In this document: positions 17,689-27,181 of the stretch, piece after piece
How positions within the stretch are numbered: the stretch's first letter is position 1
Layout: each line of letters starts with the position of its first letter
DNA from: an uncultured Bacteroidota bacterium
Lineage (GTDB): Bacteria > Bacteroidota > Ignavibacteria > UBA10030 > UBA6906
Assembly: GCA_963700635.1 (NCBI GenBank)
Contig: CAVOYH010000001.1
Span: forward strand, 128,001-192,000
DNA: 64,000 nucleotides
Direction of reading: 5' to 3'
The notes under the pieces: model-generated
The model's input: the letters and a program-made list of their open reading frames with translations, nothing else
The model's database searches: none
Told to the model about the DNA's origin: nothing
Program-made: the position numbers and the translations under genes

Positions 17689-18780
17689 TTAGATGTTTGT
17701 TATCTGCTGAAGATGTTCCCAGAGGACTCTGGCGACTACCTCTAACGAGTGCCCGCCTGCTGTTTTCTGCCCGCCTGCAGTGATCCTCTCAAAGAGCGAT
17801 CTGTTGTTCCGGAGAGCCGCTACATTCCTCACGAATGAGTCCGAATCGGGCGTCACGAGGCAATTGTGTCCATCCGACAGATCGTAATGTTCGACGATCG
17901 ACAGAACGGGTGTACCTGTTCCCCAGGCATCGCCGATCAGTCCCCACCCATATCGTCGGGCCGGAGAGAATACGAACAGTGACCGCCGGAGCAGCGCCAT
18001 TGCTTCCTGACGGGAACATCGCGGAAGCACCGTCACCCGGTTCCCAAAGTGTTCCTGCAGAGTCTTTATCGTGCGTTCACCCTCTTCATCCACAGCCGGT
18101 CCGACAAGCTGGATTCTGAAATCCGGATGTGCATGAAGGAGCGCGGAATAGACCGTGAGTAACTGACCTGCGCCTTTTCCCTTACTCAGCGAACCGATAT
18201 ATGCCGAAAAACTCAAGTTCCGGTCGTTGAAGGAAGCTGCCGGACCCGGGTCGGGATGGGGCCACGGCAAATACCGCAATCCCGGATACGCGCGCCAGGA
18301 AGGGAGCCTCTGCTCCACGGGATTTGAAACAAGGATTGCCGAACACGAGGCATGAAGGTACGTCCTTCCCGCCCATCCTGTCACCGACCTCAGCAACGGT
18401 ATACCCCCGTGATACCGCCTCCGCAGAAACACCAGATCGTCAAGGAAATACTCATTGTGGAGGATCACCGGAGCACCAGTTCTCCTGCGCAAGGCCCTTG
18501 CGATCGGCATGTTCTCTGTGACCGCACAGTAGATGATGTCCGGTCTGAATGCACTCCCACGTTCGAGCACCTCCCGGTCGGCGCTGAAGCGGGGGAATCG
18601 ATAGATGCTCAACCGTCCCCGGGATTCGGTGGTCTCACCGGATTCGTGGGCCTTGAGGACATCGTGACTTCCGGCAAGAACAGCACACTCGACGTCGTGG
18701 GTCGCGCACAGGTGCTCCCAGAGCATTGCCATCTCGTTGATGCGCACATCAAATGCAGGGTACAGCGCGAGGATACGCAT
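17689..18780 (-). CDS. Glycosyltransferase family 4-like (GT-B)
   Basis: YIGSLSKGKG; FVFSPARRYGWGLIGDAWGTGTPV is a divergent E-x7-E region. Confidence 0.75.
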   Translation of the reverse strand: MRILALYPAFDVRINEMAMLWEHLCATHDVECAVLAGSHDVLKAHESGETTESRGRLSIYRFPRFSADREVLERGSAFRPDIIYCAVTENMPIARALRRRTGAPVILHNEYFLDDLVFLRRRYHGGIPLLRSVTGWAGRTYLHASCSAILVSNPVEQRLPSWRAYPGLRYLPWPHPDPGPAASFNDRNLSFSAYIGSLSKGKGAGQLLTVYSALLHAHPDFRIQLVGPAVDEEGERTIKTLQEHFGNRVTVLPRCSRQEAMALLRRSLFVFSPARRYGWGLIGDAWGTGTPVLSIVEHYDLSDGHNCLVTPDSDSFVRNVAALRNNRSLFERITAGGQKTAGGHSLEVVARVLWEHLQQITNI

Positions 18781-18912
18781 GATTATGCCGATCGCGTGAA
18801 AGAATACAATGCGACTTTCGTGAAGAGTCGCGCCGAGCTAATGCGCCCCCTGCTACTCTCCGCATGACGATGAGAGTTGCCACGCGGACCATCCGCACGG
18901 GATGGTTCCATT

Positions 18913-20040
18913 CTAGGGAGTAGCGAGTGCTTCTTTGTAGATCAGTTGCAGTTTCTGTGCGTACAGAACAGGTGAATGCTCTTCCAGTATCCGCTGCAGC
19001 GCAAGGATTCCCTTTGCCCGGATGCGTGACCGGTCTCTTATACACTCTTTCAGAATTCCATACACTCCTTCCTGAATCTTCTCGGATGCCAGGCGGCGCT
19101 CCCCGACGGTGGCCCGGAGAGCCTGTCCGCCCTGATCTGTCGGGAGGGAAATCATCCAGCCGGCGGCGTCGCTGTTGATTTCGGGGAGAGTACACACATT
19201 GGTTGAAATTACCGGTGCTCCTGCAGCCTGCGCTTCAAGCACGGTAAATCCGTAGGTGTCGTCATAGGTCGGAAGAAGAGCGATATGTGATCGTCTGAAC
19301 AGATCCAGGACTGTAGCATTTGGCAGATTCTGGTGAAGCTGCACATGCGGTGCGAGAGAGCGGATTGTTTGTAGCGCTGCGTCGGCTTCTTCTTTTGTCG
19401 AGTGCGATGCATAGTCACCCCACCCCAGATTCGAGACAATATGGAGTCTGACCGGCGCGCCTTCAGACAGTAGCTGAGCAAAGGCCGCCAGAATCTCCTT
19501 TCCTCCTTTTCGAAAAAAGTCTCGTCCGACGAAGGTACAGGTAACGAGGTCGTCATGCAACATCTTTTGTTCATAGGTATCGATGAGTGGAGCCTGGGGA
19601 GGGTGGATGACACAGAGGCGCCGCATAATCTCGTCGCTCAGCGTGGATTCGGATTCGAGCAAGCTACGCTGTGCGTCTTGCGCGAAACGACTCATGGCAA
19701 TGATCTTTTTGCAGCTCGGGTTTGCCAGAAGCTTCATACCGAACGCCGAGCGCGGATTCCATCGTGGCAGATAATGTTCGAACGAAACCACCCAGGGAGT
19801 CTGCGAGCAACTCAAGGTGTTGACAATATGCAGAAGATCAACCCGATTCGCCCCGAGATCACAATGTATACAATTGAAAAAAGATGTCGCAGAGGAGGCG
19901 TGAAGGAGTCTGCGGAGCAGGAAATTCGCCACGTTACACAGATCGTACGTACGCACAAACGTCACGTCATCCAGTGCAATATTTCCGATGATGCGCTGTT
20001 CTACATAGCCGAGTCCTTGAATCCCTACGGTTAAGTGCAT
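18913..20040 (-). CDS. Glycosyltransferase family 4
   Basis: FVGRDFFRKGG; LLPTYDDTYGFTVLEAQAAGAPVIST. ATG at 20040 (MHLTVGIQG) preferred. Confidence 0.88.
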   Translation of the reverse strand: MHLTVGIQGLGYVEQRIIGNIALDDVTFVRTYDLCNVANFLLRRLLHASSATSFFNCIHCDLGANRVDLLHIVNTLSCSQTPWVVSFEHYLPRWNPRSAFGMKLLANPSCKKIIAMSRFAQDAQRSLLESESTLSDEIMRRLCVIHPPQAPLIDTYEQKMLHDDLVTCTFVGRDFFRKGGKEILAAFAQLLSEGAPVRLHIVSNLGWGDYASHSTKEEADAALQTIRSLAPHVQLHQNLPNATVLDLFRRSHIALLPTYDDTYGFTVLEAQAAGAPVISTNVCTLPEINSDAAGWMISLPTDQGGQALRATVGERRLASEKIQEGVYGILKECIRDRSRIRAKGILALQRILEEHSPVLYAQKLQLIYKEALATP

Positions 20041-20460
20041 GGAAGAAAGAGGAATGCTCCGTGTCGGTTGTTGCGAGAGAACTTTAGGTTCAAAAAAATA
20101 TACACCTGTGATGGGTAAAAAGCAATGCGCCATGGCAAACCCAAACGTCTCGCTTGAAAGGGAGTGGCGGCCCACGGCACGAGAGGCGGTCAGACAAACG
20201 CCGCGGGGATGCAGCGGCGCGGGGAGAGACGAGAATGCTTTGGGGAGTCCAACTGTCACCCATCACTGCGCCGGACATTGATTTGTAGAATTCGTTTCAC
20301 CTTTTGTCACCGCGCACTCCGTGAAACTGTTAAGAAGACACATTGTACATGCGAATACGGTGCGCATTCGACAATTCCGTCATCGGTGGAAGCCCCCTGC
20401 ATATTGGCACCTCGTGTGACCTACGATACACACGAAGTTGACTCTCTATGGAGGATATGT

Positions 20461-23400
20461 ATGCGTTCTGGCAATGCTGCGCTGGTCTGTGGGCTCTGTA
20501 TCGTGTGGAATTGTTCCTTATTGGGACGGACATTTGTCGTGGCCCCGGGGGGAAATGACAGTCAGGTCGGAAGCCTTACGGCCCCCTGGCGTACGCTAGC
20601 CAAGGCGAATTCCTCCCTGGCTTCCGGTGACACGGTTCTCGTGCGGGGTGGCACGTACCATGAACGGATCGTACCGGCCCGATCCGGTTCAAACGGCTCA
20701 CCCATTGTTTACCGATCCTTCCCGGGCGAGCTGGTCGTCGTGGACGGTCCCGATGACACAGACATAAACCTTGTCACGGTGAGCAAAAGTTGGATCGTTA
20801 TCGAAGGATTCACATTCCGTAATCAGGACTATTTTGATCTGCCGATGAATTCAGATTACTGGGTGGTTCTTGACGGAACACACATCGTGTTCCGTTATAA
20901 CCGGCTCATCGCTGACGGCGACGTCTTTTCAAATATATATGTGCGTAATGCCGCGTCGCGGGGGATCGCCGAGACCGGACAATACAACACGATCGAGCAT
21001 TGTTTTGTGCGTGGTTTATCCTTCGGCATCGTTATCGCAGGTTCGTCTCCTCGATTCACCCTGCTGCGCTACGACACCGTTTACGCCAGCGGCCAGAATA
21101 ACATCGATGTGGGTGCGACCGGAGACGGCACAACTGCCTATCATGGTACCTTGATCGAATATTGTGTGCTGGATACGTCGATTATTGAAGACAATATTCA
21201 ATTCGAACCGGACTATGGAGACCCCACCTCGACGTTGCACAATCGAGGGACCATTATCCGCCACACGATCATGGGCAATGCAGCCGAAAACGCAATCGAC
21301 CTCAAAGGCGCCGGACATACGATCATCGAAAACAATCTGATCTACAGTTCCAGTGGTGATGATGATGGCCCTCTCGGCGGACACGATGTCGGAAGCGGCG
21401 GAGGTGTGACCGCAAACGCGAATACGCCGACCCGGAATACCATTGTCCGGAGGAATGTGATCTGGGATCATTCCACAGGGTTGGATATGGCGGAAGGGGA
21501 TCACTACTTCAACAACACCATCCTCAATAACCGGCGGACATGGCAGGGCCCGAACCAGTCAGGTACGTCGCATGTCGCATTGCGTGCGTTTAGCTACCCG
21601 AACACTAAGAGGGCATTCCTGAACAACATCGTTGCCGGTCAACAAAACGGTGGTGTCTTCGAATGGCTGATGGATTGGGGAGGCAAATTCCATCTTGACA
21701 ACAATCTCTACTATGACACCGGCGCACCGGCGCGATTTATACACCGGAAAAATGGTTCATTGATCACCACGGTAGGCCTGAATAGCTGGAAGAGTGAACT
21801 TTCAACATATGCGGGTTACGGGTACATGCAGGGGAAGGATGTTTCTGCCCTTGAGGCGGACCCCGGCTTTCTCAATGCGCCCATTCAAGCGGTCGGGTAT
21901 GATCCGTCATGGAATTTTGGTCTCAAAAGCTCCTCTCCAGCCATTGATGCCGGTCGCGCACTGACGTTTGCCACCGGCGCAGGAACAGCAAGCACGAGTC
22001 TCGCCGTGGATGACGCCTATTTCTTCTGCGATGGCTTCGGCATTACCGATGGTGATGAGATAAGGATCGGTGGTGATGTTCCCGTGCGCATCCTTGTGAT
22101 CGACTACGGCCGTAACATTCTCACTCTCGGCGAACCCCGGAGCTGGTCCGCCGGTGCCGGGGTGCATCTCTCGTACAACGGCAACGCCCCTGATATCGGT
22201 GCTCTGGAGTCCGGTACATCAGGTCCGCTCCCGTCCCCGCCGGGGATCATCAACCTGTACGCTCCGGTTGACGGGATCCGCGATCTACCACTCCAGTCAT
22301 TCTTGAGCTGGATCCCGGTAGCCGGTGTCCTTTCCTATCATGTGGAGGTTTCCCTCACAACCTCCTTCGGCAGCAAGGCGCTCGATGTGTACGGGGTGAC
22401 GGGTACCTCTCTTCCGATCACCTCTCTTGCCGGCAGCACGACGTATTACTGGAGGGTGCGTGGAGCCAATCGGGGTGGATTTGGAGCATGGTCGGCAGCA
22501 CGATCGTTTACGACAGTTGTGACCTCTGGCAGTAGCGGGAAAGATGGACCTGAACTCCTGCAGAACGGCGATTTCGAGAACGGGTCACAGGGATGGACTT
22601 TCTTTACCAGCGGAACCGGTGGGTTTTCTACGAGGGGACCGGCCTTTAAGGGGTCGTCCGCCGGACGTATCACGATAACATCTGCAGGCAACAATATTCA
22701 GCTCTACCAGGCGGGAATCACCCTCTCCGCGGATTCATACTATCGTTTGACCTTCACTGCATATTCTTCAACAGGTCATGACCTCGCGGTCGGGCTAATG
22801 CAACACGGGCCACCGTACTCGGATTATGGATTATGGACACGCCGGGTCAGTCTGGAAACAAACTGGCGAACATACAATGTGTACCTGCGGACCTCCAATT
22901 TTGCTGGAACCGTGGATGACGGCCGGCTGCAATTCTGGTTCCCGGAGTTTGCTGAAGCCGGGGACGAGTACTGGCTCGACGACATCACCTTTCAGCAGAT
23001 TGATGTGCCACCGCTTCCGGGAAGTTCTCAATTCCTGATTCCCGCTCCCGGAGCCATTGAACAACCAAACATCCTCACCCTTCACTGGGCAGCAGTTGAT
23101 GGCGCAGACGGGTATCTGGTGCAACTCGCAACGGACCCCCTGTTCGTTCAGATGGTATGCGATTCAGTGATTAACGATACGTTGTTGACCGTGGGACCGC
23201 TTGAATCATCGACCTGCTACTACAGGCGCATCCGTGCATTGAATGTGGGAGGGTCCGGACCTCTTAGTCCATATTGTTCCTTTTCGACGATTGTGGCGAA
23301 GACCAGCATTGACCTTACCAGAAATAAGCCCAACCAGGTCAATCTGGAACAGAATTTTCCGAATCCGTTCAATCCGTCGACCGTGGTGCGGTATTCTCTG

Positions 23401-23595
23401 CCCCGGCAAACATATGTGACGCTCACCGTGTACAACGCGCTTGGGGTGGAAGTTGCGGTACTGGAGCAGGGAGAACGTTCATCCGGGGAGCACGTAGTGC
23501 CCTTCGAAGCAAGGGGTCTGGCGAGCGGGGCATACTTCTATACGCTTGCTGTGGATGGCGCGGTGGAAACCAGGAAAATGTTGTTGTTGCGATAA
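20461..23595 (+). CDS. Secreted right-handed beta-helix (DUF1565/pectate-lyase-like) + FN3 + CBM4/9-like + FN3 + T9SS CTD
   Basis: SD GGAGG before ATG 20461. FVVAPGGNDSQVGSLTAPWRTL, GDTVLVRGGTY, SPAIDAG, PDIGALE, LLQNGDFENG, QNFPNPFNPST. Confidence 0.88.
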   Translation: MRSGNAALVCGLCIVWNCSLLGRTFVVAPGGNDSQVGSLTAPWRTLAKANSSLASGDTVLVRGGTYHERIVPARSGSNGSPIVYRSFPGELVVVDGPDDTDINLVTVSKSWIVIEGFTFRNQDYFDLPMNSDYWVVLDGTHIVFRYNRLIADGDVFSNIYVRNAASRGIAETGQYNTIEHCFVRGLSFGIVIAGSSPRFTLLRYDTVYASGQNNIDVGATGDGTTAYHGTLIEYCVLDTSIIEDNIQFEPDYGDPTSTLHNRGTIIRHTIMGNAAENAIDLKGAGHTIIENNLIYSSSGDDDGPLGGHDVGSGGGVTANANTPTRNTIVRRNVIWDHSTGLDMAEGDHYFNNTILNNRRTWQGPNQSGTSHVALRAFSYPNTKRAFLNNIVAGQQNGGVFEWLMDWGGKFHLDNNLYYDTGAPARFIHRKNGSLITTVGLNSWKSELSTYAGYGYMQGKDVSALEADPGFLNAPIQAVGYDPSWNFGLKSSSPAIDAGRALTFATGAGTASTSLAVDDAYFFCDGFGITDGDEIRIGGDVPVRILVIDYGRNILTLGEPRSWSAGAGVHLSYNGNAPDIGALESGTSGPLPSPPGIINLYAPVDGIRDLPLQSFLSWIPVAGVLSYHVEVSLTTSFGSKALDVYGVTGTSLPITSLAGSTTYYWRVRGANRGGFGAWSAARSFTTVVTSGSSGKDGPELLQNGDFENGSQGWTFFTSGTGGFSTRGPAFKGSSAGRITITSAGNNIQLYQAGITLSADSYYRLTFTAYSSTGHDLAVGLMQHGPPYSDYGLWTRRVSLETNWRTYNVYLRTSNFAGTVDDGRLQFWFPEFAEAGDEYWLDDITFQQIDVPPLPGSSQFLIPAPGAIEQPNILTLHWAAVDGADGYLVQLATDPLFVQMVCDSVINDTLLTVGPLESSTCYYRRIRALNVGGSGPLSPYCSFSTIVAKTSIDLTRNKPNQVNLEQNFPNPFNPSTVVRYSLPRQTYVTLTVYNALGVEVAVLEQGERSSGEHVVPFEARGLASGAYFYTLAVDGAVETRKMLLLR

Positions 23596-23606
23596 CGTGC
23601 GCGCAC

Positions 23607-23635
23607 TTGCATACGAGCTGCCCTCCGGCTACATT
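23607..23635 (+). promoter_or_regulatory. Putative sigma70 promoter
   Basis: TTGCAT-17 bp-TACATT. Confidence 0.55.
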
Positions 23636-23672
23636 ATGACAATTGTCGCCTGTCGATGTAGCCGGAGTCAGA

Positions 23673-25175
23673 ATGGCTGATCTATCGCTGGTTCAAAAGG
23701 TTCTTTACGGGACCCTGGTTCTCCTTGGTTTTTCATTCTGGTTTTTCGTCGGATATCCGTTCGCGAACCATAATGAATCGTTCGTCATGGTGCCGCAGCT
23801 TGAGGAGATGGATCTCGGTGGGGTCCTGACAGAACGCGTCTACCCTGTCGCAAACTATCGCCCCCTGGGTCAGGCCATTATGTGGGCCGGATACCACCTG
23901 GGGGGAAGAACCGTTTTCAGTGTGCAGATCTTCAACTACGTTGTCGCTGTGGCCGCCTGGCTTGTGATGTTCTTCGCTTTGCGTGAGCGGAGGGTCATGG
24001 GCTATGTGGCGCTCATTGTCGGGGGCGTCCTCTTTTCCGGATACATCTATCTGTTCCATCTTCATGGCGTTTTCTATAGCCCGCTCCTTCTTCTGGTTGC
24101 TCTCTTGTTTTTTCTCGAAACGCGGACGATCACGGCCGGGCGGTTATGGACGGTTGTCCTGGCCGCGCTTGTGGCAGCGCTGTTTCACCCGTATGCTCTG
24201 CCTGTCTTTCTTGCAGCACTCGCCGGATTCTACATCGAGCGGCCCTCGGAGTTCCGGCCCTTCGGCCGGGTCCTCGTTGGATCGATTGCCGGCGCGCTCG
24301 TGCTCATTGTTGTCCTTGTGATCATCCCGCGCCATGAAAGTGTCATGACCACACGAGAGATGCTTGCCGGCCTTGTGACGTCGTATCAGATGGTGGAAGT
24401 CAACAGCGCCGTGTCGGCCGTGGTGGCCCTGCTTGTAATGCTCACCGCGTTGAGCTACCCCGTTGGACCGGGGGTGCGCTGGATCGCACTGGGTGTTGCC
24501 CTTGCGGGCGTCATTGCCGCAAGTATGTGGGGACTGCCCATCCTCTTTATATGGATTGGAGTTTCGATAGTAAAGACCGTCCTGAATAGGAAATGGTGGC
24601 TGTGTTTCGTCATCGCTGGTACGGCAATGTTGCCGGCACCCGCGGCGACCGGGTCTCCAACATATGCGATATTTGTGATCATGGCATGCACCGGAGGTCT
24701 GGCTCTGGCATGGCAGGAAGCAGAAGAACGTATTCTGGTGTGGGGGGATCGTCTTGCCGCCTTGACGATCGTCGTTGCTCTCCTCCTTCTCATCCTCCTT
24801 CGTAGCGGGGTCCAGGTGCCGGTTCTGTCTCGTGTGGCCCATCCGATCGTTGCAGAACGGGAAAAGACGGTCCAACTCGAAGAAATCGTCCGGTGGCTCG
24901 TCCACTCTGAGTATGCCCGGTATGAACCTGTTCTCGTCCGGGTATCAAGCAATCCGCGTGAAGCATCCGATGCGGTCGATCGGACAAACCGGCCTCCCAC
25001 CAGCCAGGAGTACCTGTCCAAATACGCGCGCAGCCGACGGCATGGTGAGGCTCTCCCGGGAAAAATCGTGCTTGTGGGATTTGGAGGGGAGGATGTGCCC
25101 GGGGGAACGCTGCTTCATACAGTCGAAGCTCCAGATGCGGGTCAGGCGCGCGTCTTTCTACCTCCCCAGAGGTAG
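23673..25175 (+). CDS. Polytopic membrane protein, possibly GT-C/polymerase-like
   Basis: About ten hydrophobic segments; external loop with NYRPLG; soluble C-terminal tail. Confidence 0.65.
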   Translation: MADLSLVQKVLYGTLVLLGFSFWFFVGYPFANHNESFVMVPQLEEMDLGGVLTERVYPVANYRPLGQAIMWAGYHLGGRTVFSVQIFNYVVAVAAWLVMFFALRERRVMGYVALIVGGVLFSGYIYLFHLHGVFYSPLLLLVALLFFLETRTITAGRLWTVVLAALVAALFHPYALPVFLAALAGFYIERPSEFRPFGRVLVGSIAGALVLIVVLVIIPRHESVMTTREMLAGLVTSYQMVEVNSAVSAVVALLVMLTALSYPVGPGVRWIALGVALAGVIAASMWGLPILFIWIGVSIVKTVLNRKWWLCFVIAGTAMLPAPAATGSPTYAIFVIMACTGGLALAWQEAEERILVWGDRLAALTIVVALLLLILLRSGVQVPVLSRVAHPIVAEREKTVQLEEIVRWLVHSEYARYEPVLVRVSSNPREASDAVDRTNRPPTSQEYLSKYARSRRHGEALPGKIVLVGFGGEDVPGGTLLHTVEAPDAGQARVFLPPQR

Positions 25176-25204
25176 GGGACGCGGCCATCACGCCCGAGGG
25201 GCGG

Positions 25205-25233
25205 TTGCATTTGACTGCCCCTGCAGGTATATT
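25205..25233 (+). promoter_or_regulatory. Putative sigma70 promoter
   Basis: TTGCAT-17 bp-TATATT. Confidence 0.6.
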
Positions 25234-25307
25234 ATACAAAATTGATCCGGTTTTGTTGAGGGAAACTACGTCTGCACGCGGCTTTCAATACGCGTTTCTA
25301 TAGCCTT

Positions 25308-27164
25308 TTGCCCCTTTTCTCCATCATAACGTCCATCCTGCTTGGGTTCTCCTGCAAAGAGATCCCACTGCAAGAAGGGGTGGCATCGGTATGGGCGGTG
25401 GATGAGAGCGAGAAAGTGAAACAGGAAGACCTGAATCACCGGGCAAAAAACAATCCGCGGAACCGGGTGTGGGATGGGACCACTATCCGGATTTTCGGAG
25501 CCCGAAATGAAATTGTGGGATTCCAGATCATCCTCGAAGCCGGGGGTGCTGGGGCCTCCGCCGTGGATGTGAAATTGGATAGCCTTGCCGGCGACGGATT
25601 TGTTATTACAAACGAACCGGCAACCGGCGATCCTTTTGATTTTCGGGGGAAACGAATAGAACGGTTCACCCAGAGTTATGTTCATGTTGGGGAGCGGAGC
25701 GATTGGTGGATTGCTGGGGCCCGCCCGCTACCTGATGATGTTCACACCGGTTGGATACCCGATGCGCTGGTTCCAATTGAGGTGCAGGGGACCTTCGCCA
25801 ATGGCAGCGGGGGAGCCCCTTTTTCCATTGGAGCCTCAAGAAACCAGGGGGTGTGGATCGACATCACAATCCCACGTGAAGCGCCGAAGGGGTTGTATCG
25901 CGGGTTCGTAAAGGTGGTGGAAGAGTCCCGGGTAACCTATACCATCCCGGTGGAACTGCGTGTGTATGGTTTTTTGATCCCTGACACGACGCATCTCAAA
26001 AATCATTTTTTCTGGGGGTACCCGACCATATCATCGCGTCACGGAATTGCAAACAATACGCCCGAATACTGGGAGGTTTTTCACGCCTACGCGAAGGTGT
26101 TTCACCGTCACCGGCTCGACCTTATTGACGGTGGGCGGACGCTGAAAGAGTTCTCCCAGCACCTGGCAGGGTACTATACCGGCACTCAGTTTACGGCCCG
26201 TTCCGGGTACGCGGGCCCCGGTGTCGGTGTGGGGAATCAGACCTACAGTATCGGAACCTATGACCAGCCATCCGACGGATGGCGTTCGGGCTTCTGGCCT
26301 GATACTCCGGAGGCCTGGGGACAGGCTGCGGATGCGTGGGAGCAATGGTTTCGCGATCATGCTCCATCAGTGGTGCGTTACAAGTACCTTGAAGATGAAC
26401 CACCCTATGCGCACTGGGGAGATGTAAAACAACGAGCGACATGGATACGAAGCGGAAGAGGTGTGGGAAGGTTCCTGGGAACCCTCGTGACAACCAGAAT
26501 AGGTCCGGAGTTGTTTGGAGCAATATCATTCTGGATGACCGGTGGTCATGCCGGATGGCGCGACAGTGGTGGAACGACGGGGTTCGATGTGCACGTTGTG
26601 CGTGACCGCAAGGCCGCTGGTGAGTATGTAGGGTTCTACAACGGGCAACGACCGTCGTATGGCGATCCGGTACCCCTCGATAATTTTGCCACGGATGCGC
26701 GGGTTAATCCGTGGATTGCGTGGAAGTACGGTGCCGACCAGTACTTTCTCTGGGAAACTGCATACTATGCAGGAACATCGCTCAACGCCTGGAATGCCGG
26801 CGTTTCGGGATCTCTTGTGTATACAGGTGAAGACCGGAAGTTCCCGCGGGAGAATCGTGGACTTCGTGGTCCCGTGACCTCGATTCGTATGAAGAACCTC
26901 CGGCGCGGTTTTCAGGACTTCGAGTACCTCTGGCTCGCACGCCATGCGGGTGAGGATACACGGGCAATCGTCGATGCCGTGGTGCCCGCGGCATTTAATG
27001 ATTACAACGGTTCATCGTTTACCAATCAGAGTGATCAACCTCTCTGGGCTGATAAAGGGTATCTGTACGAGGATGCCCGGCGCACGCTGGCAGACCTCCT
27101 GGAAAAGGCTGCATCACGGGGGCAGAATCCCAAGCGGAATCCGACACGTGTGAAGGCGCATTGA
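25308..27164 (+). CDS. DUF4091/GH123-like glycoside hydrolase, probable lipoprotein
   Basis: Lipobox-like LLGFSC; GARNEIVGFQ; WIPDALVP; DEP; SIRMKNLRRGFQDFEYLWL. Start uncertain (TTG 25308 or CTG 25272). Confidence 0.75.
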   Translation: MPLFSIITSILLGFSCKEIPLQEGVASVWAVDESEKVKQEDLNHRAKNNPRNRVWDGTTIRIFGARNEIVGFQIILEAGGAGASAVDVKLDSLAGDGFVITNEPATGDPFDFRGKRIERFTQSYVHVGERSDWWIAGARPLPDDVHTGWIPDALVPIEVQGTFANGSGGAPFSIGASRNQGVWIDITIPREAPKGLYRGFVKVVEESRVTYTIPVELRVYGFLIPDTTHLKNHFFWGYPTISSRHGIANNTPEYWEVFHAYAKVFHRHRLDLIDGGRTLKEFSQHLAGYYTGTQFTARSGYAGPGVGVGNQTYSIGTYDQPSDGWRSGFWPDTPEAWGQAADAWEQWFRDHAPSVVRYKYLEDEPPYAHWGDVKQRATWIRSGRGVGRFLGTLVTTRIGPELFGAISFWMTGGHAGWRDSGGTTGFDVHVVRDRKAAGEYVGFYNGQRPSYGDPVPLDNFATDARVNPWIAWKYGADQYFLWETAYYAGTSLNAWNAGVSGSLVYTGEDRKFPRENRGLRGPVTSIRMKNLRRGFQDFEYLWLARHAGEDTRAIVDAVVPAAFNDYNGSSFTNQSDQPLWADKGYLYEDARRTLADLLEKAASRGQNPKRNPTRVKAH

Positions 27165-27181
27165 TAATGGGAAGGTGTCGT

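Noticed and set aside
20041-20460. Overlapping N-terminal extensions of the 18913-20259 and 20164-23595 ORFs
   Set aside because: The extensions look non-coding. Better starts at 20040 and 20461 (SD, signal peptide) leave an ordinary divergent intergenic region; no ops/JUMPstart element was recognised.
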